This document shows positions 26,515-36,104 of a stretch of 61,628 nt of DNA, piece after piece. Source of the DNA: a virus (taxonomy: Duplodnaviria; Caudoviricetes); IMG/VR virus record IMGVR_UViG_3300044840_000050, positions 1 to 61,628 of that record; one strand, written 5' to 3'. Position 1 is the first letter of the stretch, and each line of letters begins with the position of its first letter. The notes under the pieces were generated by a model that saw only the letters and a program-made list of their open reading frames with translations, was not told the origin of the DNA and did no database searches. The position numbers and the translations under genes are program-made.

Positions 26515-27897
26515 ATGGCCCTCAAGTTCCTCACCGGGCTCGATATCCCGACGACGGGTCTCACCCTCGCTGGAGTGACGTCCGCCGCGCTCGGGGAAGC
26601 GAACCTCGGACTCGCGACGCTCACGAACCACGGGGTACTCCTCGCCGCCGGCGCGGGCGCGTTCACCGCACTTGCGCTCGACGCGTCGACAACGAAATAT
26701 CTGAAGTCGGGTGGGTCGTCGGCTGGTCCGACGTGGGCGACGATTCCGGTCGCGGATGTGACCGGTGCCGCACCACTCGCGAGCCCGACCTTCACGGGCA
26801 CTGTGACGATTCCGGGTGGGGCGTCGATCAGCGGGTTCGCGACCCTCGCCTCACCGACGTTCACGGGTACGGCGACGATGCCGCTCGTCAGGTTCACGGG
26901 CGGCGCGTACACGGCGTCCTTCACCGACATTTCCACCCAGGTCAACAACACGTTCGCTACTACGGCGAGCATGTCGCACACCGGTCTTGTGATCGCTCCG
27001 GGGGATACGTGGAGTGTTGCTCCCGGTGTCGCGTCGATGTTCCTGGGCGCCAACGTCGCGGGCGTATTCGCGAATGACCCGGCCGCTGCGATCGACCTCG
27101 GACCGGTCGTCGCGTTCTCAGCGTCCTACATCAAGAAGATTGATACGCAGACCGGCCGGTCGATGGGCCTGTTCGACACCGACTTCAACTCGGCGCCGTC
27201 GTATCTGGTGGCGAACTCCGGGACATTCACTGCCGCGACGCACACGTCGTTCGCAGCTGCCGTGATTCTGAACGCTGCATCGTCGACGATGACGTCACAC
27301 AAGGGGTTCACTTCCGGTGCGACGCTCACGAACGGAACGCTCACGACCCTGACGCACATCAGCCTCGTGGACCCTACCGGTGGCGGGACCCTGACGACCC
27401 AGATTGGGATTGACATCGCCGCGTTCGCGAAGGGCGGAACGAATATCGGTATCCGCAACAAGGCGAACACGCAGCTCGGTTCGTCCGCACAGTTGACGGT
27501 CGACACGTCCGGGAACCTCGCAACGTCCGGTTCGGCGCTCTCGTCGGGCACGGGCGGTATCGGGTATGCCTCTGGTGCGGGAGGCACCGTCTCCCAGGCG
27601 ACCGGCCGCACCACGGGCGTGACGCTCAATAAGACGGTCGGGACAATCACCCTGTTCTCCACCACGCTTGCCGCGGACACCGATCAGACGTTCACGTTCA
27701 CGAACTCAACGATCGCCGCCGGCGACGTTCTCGTCTTCAACATCATCAGCGGTGCAGCGGTCAAGGGCGGCTACTCCGTCAACGCCATCGCCGCCGCCGG
27801 TTCGGCGACGGTCACGGTCCATAACCACACGCCGACCATCACCGCGACAGAAGCGCCCGTCATGGCCTTCGCGGTCATCAAGGGTGTCACTGCGTGA
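26515..27897 (+). CDS. virion fibre protein
   Basis: T/G/A-rich, LASPTFTGT x2; C-terminal domain shared with the 36105 fibre. Confidence 0.78.
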   Translation: MALKFLTGLDIPTTGLTLAGVTSAALGEANLGLATLTNHGVLLAAGAGAFTALALDASTTKYLKSGGSSAGPTWATIPVADVTGAAPLASPTFTGTVTIPGGASISGFATLASPTFTGTATMPLVRFTGGAYTASFTDISTQVNNTFATTASMSHTGLVIAPGDTWSVAPGVASMFLGANVAGVFANDPAAAIDLGPVVAFSASYIKKIDTQTGRSMGLFDTDFNSAPSYLVANSGTFTAATHTSFAAAVILNAASSTMTSHKGFTSGATLTNGTLTTLTHISLVDPTGGGTLTTQIGIDIAAFAKGGTNIGIRNKANTQLGSSAQLTVDTSGNLATSGSALSSGTGGIGYASGAGGTVSQATGRTTGVTLNKTVGTITLFSTTLAADTDQTFTFTNSTIAAGDVLVFNIISGAAVKGGYSVNAIAAAGSATVTVHNHTPTITATEAPVMAFAVIKGVTA

Positions 27898-28916
27898 GAG
27901 TTCTGGTCGTCGCTCCCGGTGCTGACTTCTCCGTTGCTGACGTACACCGTGGCTACGTCAAGGGACTCAAAGCCCAAGGTCTGCAGGTCGCTGAATACAA
28001 CATGGCGGACCGCCTCGTCTTCTTCGCCAACTGTCTCATCGGCGGCAAGAAGATCGAAGGTCAACAGATCGTCGAACACGCAGCGCGCGGCATCCACGAG
28101 AAGATGTGGGAATGGTGGCCTGACCTCGTCGTCGTGATCTCCGGCTTCTACGTGATGCCGATCACCTGGGAGATCCTCCGCTCCCGCCCCCACAAGACTG
28201 CGGTCGTCTTCACCGAGTCACCGTACGAAGACGACCGCCAGCTCGCCTTGGTCGAAGCGGCCGAACCTGACGTCGTGATCCTCAACGACCCGATCAACAT
28301 CGACCGGTACAAGAAGATCCACAACAACGTCGAGTACCTCCCGCACTGCTTCGACCCGGACATCCACTACCCGTCGAAGCGGCCACCGGTCCATGACTTC
28401 TCGTTCGTCGGCACGGGCTACCCATCGCGTATCCGACTGTTCGAGAAGGTCGACTGGGACGGTATCGACGCGAAGTTCGCGGGGCATTGGACGGGCCTCG
28501 AGCCCGATAGCCCGCTGACTCCGTTCTTGTTGCAGTCGCCGGACGATTGTTACCCGAACGACGAAGCGGCGGACCTGTACCGGGCGTCGCGCATGTCGGC
28601 GAACCTCTACCGCGGCAAAGACGCGGTAGAGGCGAACGCCGCCGACCTGCAAGAGGGTTGGGCGGTCGGCCCCCGCGAGATCGAGCTCGCCGCGTGCCAG
28701 GTTCCCTTCCTTAGGGAGTCCAGGGGCGAGGGCGACGCGCTCTTCCCGGTCCTTCCGACGTTCTCGGAAGCGGGCGAAATGTCGGAACTCCTTCACTGGT
28801 GGCTCGCTCGGCCAGAGAAGAGGGCCGAGGCAGGCGTTGCCATAGCGGCAGCGGTCGAAGACAGAAAGTTCGAGAGAAACGCACGGCGGCTGCTCCAGCT
28901 TGTCGGCAACACATAG
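27894..28916 (+). CDS. glycosyltransferase (CgeB/Glyco_trans_1_2-like)
   Basis: TESPYED, YLPHCFDP, FSFVGTGYPSR, GPREIELAAC. Confidence 0.82.
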   Translation: MRVLVVAPGADFSVADVHRGYVKGLKAQGLQVAEYNMADRLVFFANCLIGGKKIEGQQIVEHAARGIHEKMWEWWPDLVVVISGFYVMPITWEILRSRPHKTAVVFTESPYEDDRQLALVEAAEPDVVILNDPINIDRYKKIHNNVEYLPHCFDPDIHYPSKRPPVHDFSFVGTGYPSRIRLFEKVDWDGIDAKFAGHWTGLEPDSPLTPFLLQSPDDCYPNDEAADLYRASRMSANLYRGKDAVEANAADLQEGWAVGPREIELAACQVPFLRESRGEGDALFPVLPTFSEAGEMSELLHWWLARPEKRAEAGVAIAAAVEDRKFERNARRLLQLVGNT

Positions 28917-28930
28917 GAAAGGTCACCTCA

Positions 28931-29344
28931 ATGTCCAACCGCATTTCCGGTGCGCACGGGGCTTTGTATGCCGATATCTCAGCAGCAGCTAACGGCAGCG
29001 CAGTCCTCGTCGCAACCTTGGCAGACTCCAAGCGGTCCTTCTCGACCGCCACGTTCGACGTCACCGCGTTCGAGGACACGAACCTCGTGTACGTGGCCGG
29101 CAAGCCCGACGCGTCGTCGACGTACACCGGGTTCCTCGACACGGCGTCGGACCAGCTGTGGTACCCGTCGCGTGACGGTGTGCCGCGCAAGTTCTACGAC
29201 TACATCGACACCGCGAACTCGCCGAACAAGTACTGGTTCGGGACGGGCATCTTCGACTTCTCGGTCGACACGCCTGTCGGTGGTGCGACGACGGTCACGG
29301 CCAACATGAAGGCGGCGTCGGCAATCAACCGCGTGTGGGCCTGA
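28931..29344 (+). CDS. major tail protein
   Basis: GAAAGG RBS; DVTAFEDTN..YVAGKPD; position before chaperone and tape measure. Confidence 0.78.
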   Translation: MSNRISGAHGALYADISAAANGSAVLVATLADSKRSFSTATFDVTAFEDTNLVYVAGKPDASSTYTGFLDTASDQLWYPSRDGVPRKFYDYIDTANSPNKYWFGTGIFDFSVDTPVGGATTVTANMKAASAINRVWA

Positions 29345-29778
29345 TGGGCTGGCAGATCACCTTCGACGGCACCAAACGCGACCCGTTGGTCGTGGCGGAG
29401 GACCGGAAGAAGGACCCATTCGCGTCCGTGTGGGAAGGTGGGAAGGTCGTCGACTTCGACGACCTCTCACCCGCCTTCTTCGACAAGATCGCGGAGGCGG
29501 ACAAGACCGCATCGTGGTACGGGGTGTACCTCTCGCCCATGTCGGACGCGGCGCGACTGCAACGCGTCGTCCGGGCGTGCGCCGAGTACGCGGGCGTTGA
29601 GGTACCGGCACCGCCGACGAACATGCGCGAAGCGAAGTTGCTGCTCACCATGTTCGAGGAGACGGAGGACCCTACCGGGGAGTCCTCCGAATTGATGACG
29701 GGATCATCGACTGGGCCGTCACCCGATTCGGTTGGCTCCCCTCTGCCGCTCGAGGAGAACGCATCGGCGACTTCCTGA
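29344..29778 (+). CDS. tail assembly chaperone (short form; probable -1 frameshift extension to 29840)
   Basis: after MTP; S/P/G-rich tail after EDPT; open -1 frame ending at TGA 29838-29840. Confidence 0.7.
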   Translation: MGWQITFDGTKRDPLVVAEDRKKDPFASVWEGGKVVDFDDLSPAFFDKIAEADKTASWYGVYLSPMSDAARLQRVVRACAEYAGVEVPAPPTNMREAKLLLTMFEETEDPTGESSELMTGSSTGPSPDSVGSPLPLEENASATS

Positions 29779-29839
29779 GGCTGTATTGGCCGGAGTACTG
29801 GGGAGCGAAACTTGCTGCAAGTAACGACCGGCTCGGCTG

Positions 29840-30274
29840 ATGGCTGATCTGTCGCTGGACGTCTCACAACTCAAAAAGTTCTCGACGGATCTTCGCCGTG
29901 TAGGCCCCGCCCTTCAGAAGGACTTTCTGAAGGCGTTGGGGCTTGCCGGCGATGTCGTCGCGTCTGCAGCCAAAGACAAGGCAGGATTCTCTTCCCGCAT
30001 TCCGGGCACGATCAAGGTTCGACGCCGGGGCGTGAAGGTCCGCGTGCAGGCGGGCGGCCCGAACGCGCCCCACGCGGGTCCGATCGATCATCAGGGGATC
30101 GGCGGGTCGTTCCGCCACCCGGTCTTTTGGGAAGCCGACAAGTTGAACGCCTGGGTCTCCCAACCCGCGCATCCGTTCCTCGAGCCGGCCCTCGAAGAGA
30201 ACGTCGAGAAGTTCGACCAACTCGTCATCAAGGTCGTCGACGAGGCGTTCCGTGCGGGTGGGTTCAGTGGCTAG
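29840..30274 (+). CDS. HK97 gp10-like tail component
   Basis: APHA...FRHPVF...QPAHPFLEPA. Confidence 0.75.
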   Translation: MADLSLDVSQLKKFSTDLRRVGPALQKDFLKALGLAGDVVASAAKDKAGFSSRIPGTIKVRRRGVKVRVQAGGPNAPHAGPIDHQGIGGSFRHPVFWEADKLNAWVSQPAHPFLEPALEENVEKFDQLVIKVVDEAFRAGGFSG

Positions 30275-33200
30275 CAACCGCACCATCGCGATCGAACTTA
30301 CCGGCACGAACACCAAAGCCATCAAGGCCATCGAGGGTGTCGGTGCCGCAGCAACAAAGGTAGGTGCGACTGCCGAGTCGAAGTTGGGTGGGGCGTCGTC
30401 GCGTATCGGCAGCGCCTTCTCGAAACTCGACGGCCAACTAGCCCAGTTCGGCGTTCCATTCACCGGCGCTCTCGGGGTTATCGGCACGAAGCTCGAAGGT
30501 GCCGAAGGGAAGGCGAAGAACTTCGGTGGGACGCTCGCCTCCGTCGGCCAGGTCGCAGGCGTCGCAGCGGTCGGTGGGCTGATCGCGGTCGGCGCGGAGT
30601 CTCTGAAGCTGGCGGACAGCTTCGATCAGGCCCACGCCCGTCTCGCCACCGCAACGAAGAACGTCGGTGAGTCCCTCGCTCGCGAGGGCGACAAGATCAA
30701 GGGAGCGGACGAGAAGCTCGTCAACCTCGGCTTCACGTCTACGGAAACCGAGGGCGCGCTCGCGTCGCTGATCCCCGCCACCCACGATGTGGGCGCAGCC
30801 ACCGGGCTGATGGGCCTCGCGGCCGACATCGCGCGGGCGAAGAACATCTCGCTCGGAGACGCAACAAAGATTCTGGTCGCGGTCGAGGCGGGTCGACTCA
30901 AGGGCCTCGCCCAGTTCGGTATCGCAAGCAAGGATGCAACCGGACACACGATCTCTACGACTACGGCGCTCCAGAAGCTGACCGCCGCGACGCAAGGCCA
31001 AGCGCAGGCGTTCACCGGCACGTACGCGGGGTCGATCGACGTCGTCAAGGCGAAGGGCGACGACCTCGCTGTCTCGCTCGGCCAGGTCGAGAAAGACGCG
31101 CTGCAGCATCTCGCGAACGCGACCCTCGACGGGGTCCACGCGTTCCAGACGCTCAACGCGGCTACAGACGGCTGGATCGGCAAGACCGCCGCGATCGGTG
31201 CGGGTGGACTGGTCGCGTTCGGCGCGATCGCCAAAGTTGTCGACATCACGAAGAACGCTGCCCAGACGTTCGGGTTGTTCTCCACTGCCGCTCAAGGCGT
31301 TGCCGACTCGACCTCTTCGGCGGGCGGAGCGGCGTCCTCTTTCGCTCAGGGCTTCAATACAATCGCAACGGGCGCGGACGCAGCGGCTACGGCGGCAAGC
31401 GCAGCGAGTACAGACCTCTCAACCCTTTCTACCGCTGCGGGTGCCGCAGCGTCGGCAGCCTCAGCGGGGGCGACGGTTCAAAGCACTGCAGCCGTGAGGG
31501 TCGCTGCGGCGCAGGTTGCCGAAACGGAATCGGCACAACGTCTCGTTACCGCAACTCTTGCGCAGGCGGCAGCGGCGCAGACCCTCGCCGACGTTGAGTT
31601 TCAATTGTCGGGCACGGAAGGCGTTACCGCTGGGGCGCTCACAGAGGCCGCCGCCGCTAAGACTGCGGCGGCTGGCGCTGCTGGAGAACTCGCTGCCGCG
31701 GATTCCGCCGCTGCAGCCGCCGCGGGGGAACTGGCCGCCGCTGAGTCAGCAGCCGCGGCAGCGAGTGCTACAGCAGCCGCAGAACAGCTCGGCACGGCGG
31801 GGGCCGTGGCTGGAACGGCAGCGAGCGCAGGAATCGGAGCGATCGCGGGTGCGGCGGTTGCGGTGGTGGCGACGGCCGCTGCCATCGGATACGCGGTGTG
31901 GCAATCAGACAAACTCGCTGCGAGTCTTGAGAAAACAGCCGGCGCGATCGTCACTGGTGGCGAAGCCGCTGATGCGGCGAAGGATAAGTTCAAGAACCTC
32001 ATCGGTCCGACCGCCACCACGGATCTGCAGCATTTCTCCGACCTCATCGCGACGAGCGCGAGTACGTCGGATGTCGCTGCCGCGCGGGCGAAACTCATCG
32101 CGGATGCCTACGCCACTGTCGGTGCGAACGCCAAGGGCGGCATCGTTGACATACATGCCAACGCCTCCGAGGTGCGGCGTGTCGGCCTAGAAGCGAACGC
32201 CGCAGCAGATGGCGTCGCGAAGCTCGCCAAGGAGCAGGGTTCGGCTGCGGTCCAGGCGGCCAGTCTCGCCGCAGCAGAGAAACAGTATTCGGATGACGTC
32301 GCAGCATCACGGAAGGGCGACCAGGGCGCGACGGGTCGCCTGGTTGCCGATAAGACCGCAGTCGTCAACGCTTCCAAGGAGCAATCATCCACCCAGAAGA
32401 CCGTCAACGCCGCGGTTGACGAAGGAATCGGCCTCGCCGAGAAGGCAGCCACCGCGAGTGCGACCGCTGCGGAGAAGATCAAATCTGCAGCGAAGAAGCA
32501 GGCCGATGCGGTCAAACTCGCAGCGAAAGAGCAGGCCGCCGCCGTCAAGGCTTACCAGAAGGATGTCGACGCATTCGCTGCCGTGGCGGGTGCGGACTTC
32601 GCGAAGGTCGCGCAGGCATTGCGTCTCCCCGGCGCGGAGATCAGGAATCTCACCGCCCAGGTCAAGACCGTCGACGCTGCGTTCAGTTCATCGTTCGACG
32701 CGGCGACGAATGACATCAGCAAGTTCAAGGACAAGACGCACGTCTCGTTCGAGCAGTTCGCGCAGGACGAACTCAAGTCGATTCAGGCGACGACGAACTG
32801 GTCGAGCAACCTCGTTCTCCTCGCCCGCCAAGGACTGAACCTCGGATTCATCGGCGAGCTCGCAAAGGCCGGTGTCTCGTCCGCGGGTCTGGTGCAGTCG
32901 ATCGAGGACAACGTCAGCAAGGGCTCGATCAATACTGTCAACTCGATCACGGGCACCGCGCAGGCGGCGAAGGAGCAAGCCAAGGGCGCGTTCGCGGCGG
33001 CGGCACTCGCGGCGGCGGCCTACGCCAATCAGGTCAGCGGCATACACCCGGTAGTCACCGTCGAGCTCGACGTCCCGAGCGTCCAGGTCCAGGTCGTCAG
33101 AGACGCGGCGACCGGTCGCAGCACCGCTGTACGGGGTGTGCAGACCGGCGTCTCCAAGTTCCTGGAGACGGGCGGCCCGGTCCACGCCAACGAGAAGGTC

Positions 33201-34346
33201 ATCGTCGGCGAGAAAGGCCCCGAACTTTTCGTCACTCCGGGCAAGGCGGGTGCGACGGTCGTCGGCGCGCGAGGCCCGGAACTGTGGGCTCCGCCCTCGT
33301 CGGGTGACATCATCCCGAACCACACGGTCAAATCGCTCACAGCGCGCGGCCAGGGCGCACACGCGACGATCAAGGGTTACGCGGATGGGACGGCACCGTT
33401 CGGTTCGTACGGCACCTTCACTCCGAACCCGATCAGCGTCACGTTCACGTCCGGATCCGCGAGTGCGTTCACTGGCGGTTCGCTTCCGAGCGCATCGACG
33501 AGCATCGCCAACTTCGCTTCGACGTACCTGACCGACTTCACCAAGGTCGCGGACACGACGAAGAACGCCGCCCGCGCGACGCTGCTCCTCGCCGACGCGC
33601 ACCGGAAGTACGACCTGGCGGTCCGCAAGGTCACTGCCTCGGAGCTGAAGTACCGCCAAGACCTCTTCTCCGGTAAGCCTGCCGCGGGCGACCTACTAGC
33701 GATTGACGCCGCGTACAAGGCCCGCACCGCGGCGCACGACCTGTACGCGTCCGCGACGCAGAACCGCAAGACCGCGCTTGGCGAGCAGGCGAACGCGAAA
33801 GCCCAACTGAAGCGCGACTCGAACCCGGCGTCGTTCACCCAATCTCAACGGACCGATACCACCTCGATACGGCTGTTCCAGTCCGAGCTCTCCACGTTGC
33901 TCCGTTCGGGCGACCCGCTCCTTGCTCGTGAACTTGCGGGCCAGGGACCCGACCAGGGTGGACCGCTCGCAGCCGCGTTCGTGCGGAATCTCCGTCAGGC
34001 GCGGGTAGCGGAGGGAGCGCTTTCGGAGAACGCCTCGGCGCAGGCTTCGTACAACCAGTTCCTCGCGTCGTCGTTCAGAGCGGCGGGTGGCCCGGTGGAA
34101 GCGAACCGCGCGTACGTTGTCGGCGAGAAGGGTCCGGAGGTCTTCGTCCCGAAGGCTGCCGGGTCGATCGTTCCGAGCGGCCAGTCGTTCGTTCCGCACT
34201 CGTCGTCCCGGTCCGACACGGGTGGTGTGATCAACATCACGATTCACAGCACCGTCGACGCGATCAATGGTCGGGCGGTGTATCGGGTCGTGAAAGAGGA
34301 TCAGCGTCTACACGGGGCCTGGGACATCAAAGTCAACGCGCCGTAA
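30267..34346 (+). CDS. tape measure protein
   Basis: about 1360 aa, Ala/Gly-rich helical; GGPV...VGEKGPE motifs. Confidence 0.92.
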   Translation: MASNRTIAIELTGTNTKAIKAIEGVGAAATKVGATAESKLGGASSRIGSAFSKLDGQLAQFGVPFTGALGVIGTKLEGAEGKAKNFGGTLASVGQVAGVAAVGGLIAVGAESLKLADSFDQAHARLATATKNVGESLAREGDKIKGADEKLVNLGFTSTETEGALASLIPATHDVGAATGLMGLAADIARAKNISLGDATKILVAVEAGRLKGLAQFGIASKDATGHTISTTTALQKLTAATQGQAQAFTGTYAGSIDVVKAKGDDLAVSLGQVEKDALQHLANATLDGVHAFQTLNAATDGWIGKTAAIGAGGLVAFGAIAKVVDITKNAAQTFGLFSTAAQGVADSTSSAGGAASSFAQGFNTIATGADAAATAASAASTDLSTLSTAAGAAASAASAGATVQSTAAVRVAAAQVAETESAQRLVTATLAQAAAAQTLADVEFQLSGTEGVTAGALTEAAAAKTAAAGAAGELAAADSAAAAAAGELAAAESAAAAASATAAAEQLGTAGAVAGTAASAGIGAIAGAAVAVVATAAAIGYAVWQSDKLAASLEKTAGAIVTGGEAADAAKDKFKNLIGPTATTDLQHFSDLIATSASTSDVAAARAKLIADAYATVGANAKGGIVDIHANASEVRRVGLEANAAADGVAKLAKEQGSAAVQAASLAAAEKQYSDDVAASRKGDQGATGRLVADKTAVVNASKEQSSTQKTVNAAVDEGIGLAEKAATASATAAEKIKSAAKKQADAVKLAAKEQAAAVKAYQKDVDAFAAVAGADFAKVAQALRLPGAEIRNLTAQVKTVDAAFSSSFDAATNDISKFKDKTHVSFEQFAQDELKSIQATTNWSSNLVLLARQGLNLGFIGELAKAGVSSAGLVQSIEDNVSKGSINTVNSITGTAQAAKEQAKGAFAAAALAAAAYANQVSGIHPVVTVELDVPSVQVQVVRDAATGRSTAVRGVQTGVSKFLETGGPVHANEKVIVGEKGPELFVTPGKAGATVVGARGPELWAPPSSGDIIPNHTVKSLTARGQGAHATIKGYADGTAPFGSYGTFTPNPISVTFTSGSASAFTGGSLPSASTSIANFASTYLTDFTKVADTTKNAARATLLLADAHRKYDLAVRKVTASELKYRQDLFSGKPAAGDLLAIDAAYKARTAAHDLYASATQNRKTALGEQANAKAQLKRDSNPASFTQSQRTDTTSIRLFQSELSTLLRSGDPLLARELAGQGPDQGGPLAAAFVRNLRQARVAEGALSENASAQASYNQFLASSFRAAGGPVEANRAYVVGEKGPEVFVPKAAGSIVPSGQSFVPHSSSRSDTGGVINITIHSTVDAINGRAVYRVVKEDQRLHGAWDIKVNAP

Positions 34347-34351
34347 CTCCG

Positions 34352-35599
34352 ATGGCCGATCCCGTCCTCTCGTTACAGATCGATACTCCCAGCGCGTCTA
34401 CAGGGCTCGGATATCTCATCATCGACGACGCCGTCAACGGCCTGATCGATTCGGGCCTCATCGCCCCGGACGTCATCTTCTCCGAGAAGATCAAGTACGC
34501 CCGCTCGATCCACACCCAGCGGGGCGTCACGCAGTTCCAAGGCCCAACCGTACGCGCGGACACGGGGACACTCACCTCGGTCTTGTCGAACCAGAACCGG
34601 GCGTTCGACCCGACCACCTCATCGGACATCGTCCCTGGGCGCGCGGTGAAGTTCCAGGTCACCTACAACGCGATCACCTACGACGTCTTCACCGGAGTCA
34701 TCCACGCCTGGAACCTCGCCTACCCCGGCCAAGGAGTCGGCGGGGATGCGACAACGACGATCAACGCGAACGACGGCCTCGCCCAACTCACCTCACTAAA
34801 CATCGCCGAGAACCGCCCACAAGAACTGACAGGCGCGCGTATCAACTCAGTCGCGAACCTCATCGGCTGGCCCGCAACTCTCCGGGCGATCAACCCGGGC
34901 ATCACCGTCATGCCCGCATCGGGGCAGTCCATCTCCGCCGCGTCATCGATGCTCCTCGCCGCCGACTCCGACATGGGTGAGCTCACCGTCTCCGCAGCGG
35001 GCGTGCTGACGTTCCGGGACCGTGACCACATCGTCATGGACGCCCGCTCCCAAACCTCGCAGGCGACATACGGCACCAACCCGGGCGAACTGCTGTTCCA
35101 GAACGTCAACGTCAGCTTCGACGACACCCAGCTCCGCAACAAAATCACCGTCATCTACAACGACGCCGGCGCGGCAGCGACCGCTACCGACTCAACATCG
35201 ATGTCGCAATACGGCGAGTGGTACGCGGAGATCCAGGCCCGCATCGTCGACCCCGCCGTCGCAGCAGGGATGGCGCAGTTCCTCGTAGCGCAGTACTCGC
35301 AACCGCTGGTGCGTATCGACTCGATCGTCATCAAACCGTTCCGGGACCCGGTGAACCTGTTCCCGCAGGTGTTGGGCCGCCAGTTGGGTGACCGGGTAAC
35401 GGTCGTGTTCCAACCTCCGGGCGGTGGGCCGCGTATCAGTCACGAGTGTTTCGTCCGGGGCATCTCGCACGATCTCACCGCGGTGTCGTCGGCGCGTGAC
35501 TGGACCACGACGTTCGTCATGCAAGACGCGTTCACCTGGCCGCACATCTTCACGATCGATTCGTCCGTCATCGACGGCACGGATGTCTTGTGGTTCTGA
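34352..35599 (+). CDS. minor tail protein (baseplate/distal tail)
   Basis: directly after TMP; ELTGARIN...IGWP, GVLTFRDR. Confidence 0.75.
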   Translation: MADPVLSLQIDTPSASTGLGYLIIDDAVNGLIDSGLIAPDVIFSEKIKYARSIHTQRGVTQFQGPTVRADTGTLTSVLSNQNRAFDPTTSSDIVPGRAVKFQVTYNAITYDVFTGVIHAWNLAYPGQGVGGDATTTINANDGLAQLTSLNIAENRPQELTGARINSVANLIGWPATLRAINPGITVMPASGQSISAASSMLLAADSDMGELTVSAAGVLTFRDRDHIVMDARSQTSQATYGTNPGELLFQNVNVSFDDTQLRNKITVIYNDAGAAATATDSTSMSQYGEWYAEIQARIVDPAVAAGMAQFLVAQYSQPLVRIDSIVIKPFRDPVNLFPQVLGRQLGDRVTVVFQPPGGGPRISHECFVRGISHDLTAVSSARDWTTTFVMQDAFTWPHIFTIDSSVIDGTDVLWF

Positions 35600-35613
35600 C
35601 TTAGGAGCTATCG

Positions 35614-36102
35614 ATGCCTTCCCGTACACCAGTTCCCGGCTCAGGCGGTTCGGGCGACACGACGCTCACACCGTGGCACAAGTCCGACATCGACAAACTC
35701 GCGGGTGGACGCGTCGCATACACGAACATCACCGCTGATGTCACGATCACGACCGCGAACGACATCTCGACGATCACGTGGACCGCGTTCGCGAACCGGT
35801 TCTACGACATCGAAGCGGCTATCGCCTGTCGGTCCACCGTCGCAGGCGATCAGATCCGCGTGATGATCACGGACGCGTCGAACGTGCCGCTCGTCTCAGA
35901 AGAACTGACGACTGTCTCTGCGAACAACTTCATCACATTCCGACCCGTGGTCCGCAACTACAACCCCGGTGCGACGGTCGTGATCTACAAGCTGCGCGCT
36001 GTCCGGACAAACGGATCGGGCGTCTGCACCGCGGAGCCGACCTTCTTCGGTACGACCAACATCGCCCACTTCGTCGGTACCGACGTCTCGCCCAATTTCT
36101 GA
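35614..36102 (+). CDS. minor tail protein
   Basis: AGGAG RBS; beta-rich; tail region. Confidence 0.6.
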   Translation: MPSRTPVPGSGGSGDTTLTPWHKSDIDKLAGGRVAYTNITADVTITTANDISTITWTAFANRFYDIEAAIACRSTVAGDQIRVMITDASNVPLVSEELTTVSANNFITFRPVVRNYNPGATVVIYKLRAVRTNGSGVCTAEPTFFGTTNIAHFVGTDVSPNF

Positions 36103-36104
36103 CG

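Noticed and set aside
35778-36104. Extended N-terminus of the large fibre given in the ORF track
   Set aside because: Overlaps the 35614 gene; ATG 36105 follows its stop and begins the segment conserved in the 7062 paralog.
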